From positions 1 to 50,293 of IMG/VR virus record IMGVR_UViG_3300028044_000972: 50,293 nucleotides of DNA, one strand, 5' to 3'. The notes under the pieces are model-generated. The model was not told the origin of the DNA. It searched no databases and saw only the letters and a list, made by a program, of their open reading frames with translations. Source of the DNA: a virus (lineage: Duplodnaviria; Caudoviricetes). Shown one piece after another: positions 45,023 to 50,293 of this stretch. Position 1 is the stretch's first letter. The number at the start of each line of letters is the position of its first letter. The position numbers and the translations under genes were made by a program.

Positions 45023-45553
45023 TTAGAACGTAAAGCTATCCCCGCCGCCTGCGCCGGCCCCCGTTCCATCGCCCCGACCACCAAAGGCATTCGACTGTTG
45101 GTTCATGTAATTCAAGCTCATCAGCTTCGAGCCCGTGTTCTGCATCCCGATGATGTTGTCCCCGATCATCGCCTGCTCGCGGGGATCGCGCTTGAGGAAG
45201 TCCTCGAGGTAGCCGGGGTCAAAGCCCAGTTGCTGCCCGTGCCGCTTCATGAAGTCGCCATAGGCGGTGCCCTTTGCCTCCAAGGCTTTGTTGTTGGCGT
45301 AGGCGCTGATGAAGCTACCGAGGACACTGTCATCGCTCCCCCCGCCACCCTCGCCGCCCTGCATCGCCATTGCCGCCCCGGCCGGTCCACCCATGGCGAA
45401 GCCCGCCACGGCCCGTCCTGCGGTGCGGATCGGCTTCGAGATGTCCGAGCCCAGCTGTTGCATCATCGCCGCGTTGGCCTGGGCGGCCCCGAGCTGTCCC
45501 GAGGCGAGGATTTCCCCGCTGCGGTCATTTACTGTAGGTGCATATTGAAACAT
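45023..45553 (-). CDS. Internal virion protein (starts MFQYAPTVNDRSGE)
   Basis: G/A-rich; syntenic with 5704..6186. Confidence 0.55.
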   Translation of the reverse strand: MFQYAPTVNDRSGEILASGQLGAAQANAAMMQQLGSDISKPIRTAGRAVAGFAMGGPAGAAMAMQGGEGGGGSDDSVLGSFISAYANNKALEAKGTAYGDFMKRHGQQLGFDPGYLEDFLKRDPREQAMIGDNIIGMQNTGSKLMSLNYMNQQSNAFGGRGDGTGAGAGGGDSFTF

Positions 45554-45575
45554 AGTTTTAGTTATTCTGTTAAGG

Positions 45576-46646
45576 TTAAGCCGCCTTCTTCGGGGCCATA
45601 AGTTCTTGCGCGAGGGCGGCACCGATCACGGCCGGCTTGATCGCCAACCGCTTCTTGCCCTGGTGCTCCACCACTTCCACCGCCTCCGGCAGCACCTTCT
45701 GCACGTCCTGCGCCATGAAGCCGACCCGCTTCTGGTCCTCGCCCTTGTAGGCAAACTCATAAGCCTTGAGCCCGAGCACACCCGCCGCCTGGCCCAGCGG
45801 TTTGATGTTCTTCTTCATCCGCTTGTCCGAGAAGATCGACCCACCGATCTGCCCAAACATGCCCATCATCGCCGCGTTATTCATCGCCCCCGCCTGCATC
45901 GAAGCGCCCTGCAGCGCCGCGTTGTTGTTCAGCACCGAATTGCGGTTCGAGGCGAGCATATTCGTGTTGAAGGTTTCGACGCCCCCCGCCGTGCGCAGCG
46001 AGCCGCCAAAGATGTCACCCACCTGCGCCGTCGTATTAGCCAGCGTGCTTTGCCCCAGCCCAAAGGCCGGCCCGATCGATTGACGGAAAGGGTCAAGCTG
46101 GTTGTAAGCACCCGCCAGACCAACCCGCCGCTGTCTGCGCGCAAGGTCCATCTGGTTGACGCCGGCCGCAAAGCCGCGCCGCTGGTCCTGGCGACCAGAG
46201 GCATAGGCGTCCCGGTTAAGGATCTCCGCGCCCAGCGCAGCGTTCCCGGTCGCCATGCCGCGTGCCGCCATTCCGGCCCTTGCCGACTGCGTTGCCATAC
46301 GCTCCTGCTCTGGGCTCAGCGAGCGGCCGAGGGCCAACTCCGCTTCCGCATCCTGCTGGAGCCGCGCCTCGATGGCATTGGGCGCCGAGGCTGCTTGCAA
46401 CTCCTCGCCGACTACACCCTGCGTGCGTTTTAGATATTCGTTGTCTAATTTGCCAGCGAGTTGGTCGGCCGTCTGAAATTGCAGCGCAGTGTATTGCGGG
46501 TAAAGCCGCTTGATCGACTCCTCTTCGGCGGCTATCTGTGCATTGGCTACACGGATCGACGCGGCGGCCATTTTGTCGTAGTCGATTGGTGCCGGTGCCG
46601 GTGGCAGTGGTTGTGGCGCGGGTGCGCTTGGTCCTTTTCCTCCCAT
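45576..46646 (-). CDS. Ejection/pilot protein B with a C-terminal peptidase S74 (autocleaving chaperone) domain
   Basis: FSDKRMKKNIK...GFMAQDVQKVLPEAV; N-terminus MGGKG. Confidence 0.8.
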   Translation of the reverse strand: MGGKGPSAPAPQPLPPAPAPIDYDKMAAASIRVANAQIAAEEESIKRLYPQYTALQFQTADQLAGKLDNEYLKRTQGVVGEELQAASAPNAIEARLQQDAEAELALGRSLSPEQERMATQSARAGMAARGMATGNAALGAEILNRDAYASGRQDQRRGFAAGVNQMDLARRQRRVGLAGAYNQLDPFRQSIGPAFGLGQSTLANTTAQVGDIFGGSLRTAGGVETFNTNMLASNRNSVLNNNAALQGASMQAGAMNNAAMMGMFGQIGGSIFSDKRMKKNIKPLGQAAGVLGLKAYEFAYKGEDQKRVGFMAQDVQKVLPEAVEVVEHQGKKRLAIKPAVIGAALAQELMAPKKAA

Positions 46647-46650
46647 AGTT

Positions 46651-46995
46651 TTATCCTCCTGTTTTTTTTATGATCTTGTCCCAGCGGTAGACGCGGGGCT
46701 CAAATTGTTGACGGCGATGCCATGCGACATATTGGTGCGGCTTCGGCGCCACGCGCAGAAACTCGCCAACAGCATTTGCGTGCCCAGCAGCAGCAGCCAG
46801 GCGCACGAACCAGCAGTTGGGATCGCCGCCTTCAAAGGTTTGCTCCTCCGCATTCCAGCGTGTTTCGCTGGCCAGCAGGAAAACCTTCGGCGAGTTCCAG
46901 ACGTAGCCGCTGGAGAGATGCTCGCCGAGGAGTTCCCAGAAGTCCGTTGTGTCGTGGGCGTCTTGCCATTGCTTTGCTTTTTGCCATGGGGTCAT
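46651..46995 (-). CDS. Small protein, possibly GNAT-like (MTPWQKA)
   Basis: Homologue of 8097..8459. Confidence 0.45.
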   Translation of the reverse strand: MTPWQKAKQWQDAHDTTDFWELLGEHLSSGYVWNSPKVFLLASETRWNAEEQTFEGGDPNCWFVRLAAAAGHANAVGEFLRVAPKPHQYVAWHRRQQFEPRVYRWDKIIKKTGG

Positions 46996-46997
46996 GC

Positions 46998-47642
46998 TTA
47001 AAACTTCACGCAATACAACAGGGCGATGTTTGCGGGGCGGGTTTCGTCTGCTGCGGTTCCGGGAACCATTCCGACATCGTATATCCCTGGGCCCGCCCCC
47101 TGGAGAATCGCGCCGCCGCCGCCGCCGGCGGCAATATTTGAATATCGTATTTGGTGATCGTGATTCTTTATGCCGTCTTGCTCTTTAAGAGCAAATGCCT
47201 TGTTGTAAGTTGTCCCGCTGATCGTCTGCGACCCGCTGCCACGCACAAAGATACCGCGCAGGTCGGGCAGGTTAAAGGTCGTGCTGCCGTTGCCACCGCC
47301 GTACGTTGTTCCAATCGCAGCAAACAAATCCGCGTATGTGCCAACTCGCAGGACCGGATCACCATTGGCCGCAAGCCAACCAGCAGGCGCCGAGTTCATA
47401 GCGAAGGGCATGACGGCACCGGCGGGGAGCAACGACTGCTGTGTCACTGTGGCCAACTTCGCCGTAGTCACGTTGGCATCCAAAATGTTCGCCGTGGTCA
47501 CCGCATTCGAAGCAATGTCCGCCGCCACAATGCTCCCAGCCGTCAGCGCCACGGTGCTCTGGCTAAGTTGGTTTAGCTTGACCGGCGTGACGTTCTCGCC
47601 AGAGACAAAGGTTTTGATCGGGGTGATTGTGAATGTTGCCAT
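46998..47642 (-). CDS. Tail fibre protein with a phage tail collar domain
   Basis: PAGAVMPFA..APAGWL...LFAAIGTTYG...FNLPDLRG...ETRPANIALLYCVK. Confidence 0.9.
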   Translation of the reverse strand: MATFTITPIKTFVSGENVTPVKLNQLSQSTVALTAGSIVAADIASNAVTTANILDANVTTAKLATVTQQSLLPAGAVMPFAMNSAPAGWLAANGDPVLRVGTYADLFAAIGTTYGGGNGSTTFNLPDLRGIFVRGSGSQTISGTTYNKAFALKEQDGIKNHDHQIRYSNIAAGGGGGAILQGAGPGIYDVGMVPGTAADETRPANIALLYCVKF

Positions 47643-47644
47643 AA

Positions 47645-50014
47645 TTAAGCTGCGTTGCGGGTGTCGGTTTGCGGGAGACCTTCAAGTGCCGCCTCGATGG
47701 AGACGTTGCGAATCTCGGGACGCTGGAGGTTGGTCTGAAAGATGATTTCGGCGGCGTGGGCCTTGCGCCGGATTGGCTGCTTGAGCGTGTAATCATCGCC
47801 GACGCCGGTGTCGTTGCTCTGCCCGGGCCCCAGGATGATCTCGGCGTCCGGGTTGATGAGGTTGGCCTTGACCGTGACTGAGCCTGCATTGGGCAGGACA
47901 ACATCGCTCAGGGCGCGGGTGAAACGCTTGCTGTGCATGTTTCCCATGTTGTAGCGGCGCGTCTTAATTGTGCCGGAGTATTGGTCCACGTTGCTGCCGC
48001 TCGGCTCGTCGTCTGTGCCGTCAGCCTTCTCGTCGAGGAGGTAGAGCTTGCCGGTGCGGCGGACGCTGAAAACGCGGCGAACATCGCTGTAGGTGCTGAC
48101 GATTAGGGCGTCCACGCCGATGTCGTAAATGTCGCGGCTCTCCCATTGGTCATTGAGGGCGTTCCAAGTGATGACCAGATCGTTCGTGTCGTCCGGTGAA
48201 TCGAGGGTCGGGACGGCCAAGGTGTAGCGGTTGTTGTGCCAGAGGCCAAAGGCCCGCTGCACCTTGCTCTGGTCGATGCGCTCAAACTGGTCGGCGACCG
48301 GGGCACTCAGCGGGCGGGTGTCGCCGCGCAGCTTGAGGTCAAGCTGGGTGTCCAGGCGGTAGACACCGGCGTCCGAGAGGAAGAAGACATAGCGGCCGGC
48401 CGTGGCGATGGAGTTGCGGGCCGAGCAGCCAATCTCGTCGGTGATCAACTCCAGCTTGGCGGCCGCCGTGTCGATGGCAAAGCCGCTGCCGTCTGTGCTG
48501 GGGAACTGGGCCAGCGTGGCCAGCCAGATGCTCTTGCGGGCGAAGACCAAGGCGCTGCTCTCCACCCACGGATGCACGGCGACTATGTAATCACTGCCCC
48601 CGGCGCCGGCGCGGAAGGACTGCCAGAGGGGATCGTAGAGGTCGGCGTCGAGGTAGTCGCTAATGGCCACTTGGTCGCGGCCGTCAGGGATAATTAAGCG
48701 GTTCTGAATGTAGGCCGCCCACGGCACGCTGCGCATCTTCTTGTAGGTCGGACCTTCTGCCGGAATGCCGCCCGCCGCACGGACGAAGCTGCCGGTGCCG
48801 GTCCAGTAGATCGGCGGCTTGACGCGGCGAAGGCGCAGCCCCGCAGTTAGGTCGCTGGCCGTGCCACTCGGAACCGCAATGGTAAAGGTGTGGTCGGTCT
48901 TGGTAGCGACATCAAACTCATGCCCGTCCAAGGCCGCCGACGATCCATCAGTTAGGCGGACTCGGTCGCCCACAACGTAGCCGTGGCTTTTGCTGAAGAT
49001 GGTGCCGGTGGCGGCGCTGACCACGGCGCTGACCGGCGTGAGGGTGTGCGTTCCGCTTTGAGTGCCGGAGGTGTTAACGGCGGCTCCGCCGCTGGACGCG
49101 CTGATCTGAAGCGTGTCGGTCGCCTTGTTGATGACGTAATACACCGTGCCTGCCGTCACGCCGGTCGGCAAGGCGCCGGTCGTGCTGAAGACCACGGCCA
49201 TGCCATTCTCCAAATTGTGAGCAGCCCTTGTGACAATGGCCGGCGAGGCGATGGTCATGGTCGCCGCCCCCGCCTCGCTGGTTCCGCGCCCCACTTCGGC
49301 AAACGTGCCGGTCTGTGCCGCTTCCCGCAAAATGTAAAGTCGGTCAAAGGCTTGCACCACCGAGACATTGTCGGTCGGCTCAATGGTCTCATCGCCGGGA
49401 TAGCCCACCGTGACCACCGTGTCGGTCGGGCTGGTGTTCCGCCAGAGGTAGGCTTCGCTCGGCCCACACATCACGATATACTCGTTGGCGTTTTGGTAAT
49501 TCTGGGAAGCGAAGACGCCAGAGGCAAAGATGCCGCCGCCGTAGGTCGTCCTGACCAGCGGCCCCTTGTTGGCCAACAGCGTGCCGGTGGCGTTAGCGGT
49601 CGGCGTGCCGGTCATGGTGTAGTCAAAGGTCGTCCCGCTGGCGTTGGAGATGGCGAAGTCTCCGTTGTAGAAGGCGGCGTCGGCTCCGGTGGCGCCGGAG
49701 ATGTTGACCTGGCCGCCGTTACTGTAGCCGTGCGCGGCAGCCGTGGTCACGGTCGCGGTGGGTCCGCTAAAGGTGATCGAGGTGATCGCCTTGTCGGCGG
49801 CGAGGTCAAAGGAAAGGGTAAGCGGTTCGTCCGCTGTGCTGATCGCATCGGCCAGCCGCTTGGCCCCCTTGCGGGTCTGCGCCGTGCCGCGCTCCAAGCG
49901 CATGTTGACACTGTCTTGCAGCATGCCCGCTGGCAGGGTCAGCGGGTTTAGGCGCGAAGCAAAGCCAAGGAATCCTTGGTCGCCGTCACGTTGGACTGGA
50001 GAGTCGATGGCCAT
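47645..50014 (-). CDS. Tail hub / DNA-stabilisation protein B (789 aa)
   Basis: Homologous to 9299..11299, with extra beta-domain inserts. Confidence 0.75.
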   Translation of the reverse strand: MAIDSPVQRDGDQGFLGFASRLNPLTLPAGMLQDSVNMRLERGTAQTRKGAKRLADAISTADEPLTLSFDLAADKAITSITFSGPTATVTTAAAHGYSNGGQVNISGATGADAAFYNGDFAISNASGTTFDYTMTGTPTANATGTLLANKGPLVRTTYGGGIFASGVFASQNYQNANEYIVMCGPSEAYLWRNTSPTDTVVTVGYPGDETIEPTDNVSVVQAFDRLYILREAAQTGTFAEVGRGTSEAGAATMTIASPAIVTRAAHNLENGMAVVFSTTGALPTGVTAGTVYYVINKATDTLQISASSGGAAVNTSGTQSGTHTLTPVSAVVSAATGTIFSKSHGYVVGDRVRLTDGSSAALDGHEFDVATKTDHTFTIAVPSGTASDLTAGLRLRRVKPPIYWTGTGSFVRAAGGIPAEGPTYKKMRSVPWAAYIQNRLIIPDGRDQVAISDYLDADLYDPLWQSFRAGAGGSDYIVAVHPWVESSALVFARKSIWLATLAQFPSTDGSGFAIDTAAAKLELITDEIGCSARNSIATAGRYVFFLSDAGVYRLDTQLDLKLRGDTRPLSAPVADQFERIDQSKVQRAFGLWHNNRYTLAVPTLDSPDDTNDLVITWNALNDQWESRDIYDIGVDALIVSTYSDVRRVFSVRRTGKLYLLDEKADGTDDEPSGSNVDQYSGTIKTRRYNMGNMHSKRFTRALSDVVLPNAGSVTVKANLINPDAEIILGPGQSNDTGVGDDYTLKQPIRRKAHAAEIIFQTNLQRPEIRNVSIEAALEGLPQTDTRNAA

Positions 50015-50293
50015 TAGTTCAGTGCTGCTTTTAGTTTCGTCCGAAATCTGTCTGCATCTCCCGGCGAGATGTCGGTCTTGCGGGTTGGGCTGACTTGTTG
50101 ATGGGTGACGACCATGTTAAGTGGGATGCCCCACTTCTTCATTCGCGGGACGAGGTATTCGATGGCGCTGGCCATGGCATCGTCACCGAGCGGGTAGTCA
50201 TAAGTGTTGCCCTCCCAAGCGAGCCCGAGGCTCCATGAGTTAAGGTCTTGCCGGCCGAACCAGTTGCTCTTTCCGGCGTGCCAGGCGCGGTCG
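50014..50293 (-). CDS. 3' part of a second amidase endolysin allele (truncated by the window end)
   Basis: Homologous to 11657..11936; the last 108 nt of the window are identical to it. Confidence 0.9.
   Translation of the reverse strand, partial: DRAWHAGKSNWFGRQDLNSWSLGLAWEGNTYDYPLGDDAMASAIEYLVPRMKKWGIPLNMVVTHQQVSPTRKTDISPGDADRFRTKLKAALN

Noticed and set aside
1-50293. Stop-codon reassignment
   Set aside because: Hallmark genes are full length in the standard code and all three stop codons terminate coupled genes.

Overview
The whole window is DNA of a high-GC temperate tailed phage with P22-like/short-tail organisation; I see no host chromosome. Almost all genes are on the minus strand. 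The core at ~11.7-37.3 kb holds lysis genes, fibre, adaptor, portal, capsid, scaffold, accessory enzymes, TerL, two glycosyltransferases, DnaB, an initiator with iterons, a TerS-like gene, a switch of two divergent ribbon-helix-helix genes, a tyrosine integrase and an attP carrying the 5' half of tRNA-Arg(ACG). Two syntenic but divergent tail/ejection modules flank this core: A (<1-11.65 kb) and B (37.34-50.0 kb). Each ends in a different giant polyvalent protein. The last 108 nt of the window exactly repeat 11829-11936, so the window reads as a 38,357-bp circle plus an alternative 11.8-kb module (assembly lasso, tandem prophages or real module swap). The most unusual element is a 1,033-bp cassette at 34.6-35.7 kb. 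It duplicates and restores the 3' end of its target gene, and carries a ~390-nt predicted structured RNA with two identical 47-nt pseudoknot-like modules, divergent from a small gene with an operator-like promoter palindrome. Other highlights: repeat-flanked in-frame domain cassettes with shared RGQAMP linkers in the giant proteins; a PAPS-reductase/YkgJ pair standing where module B has an S74 domain; a signal-peptide-bearing Thr-Asn-rich fibre; and a sharp GC-skew inversion flanked by polar A-tract motifs. All product calls come from motif recognition by eye; no searches were run.
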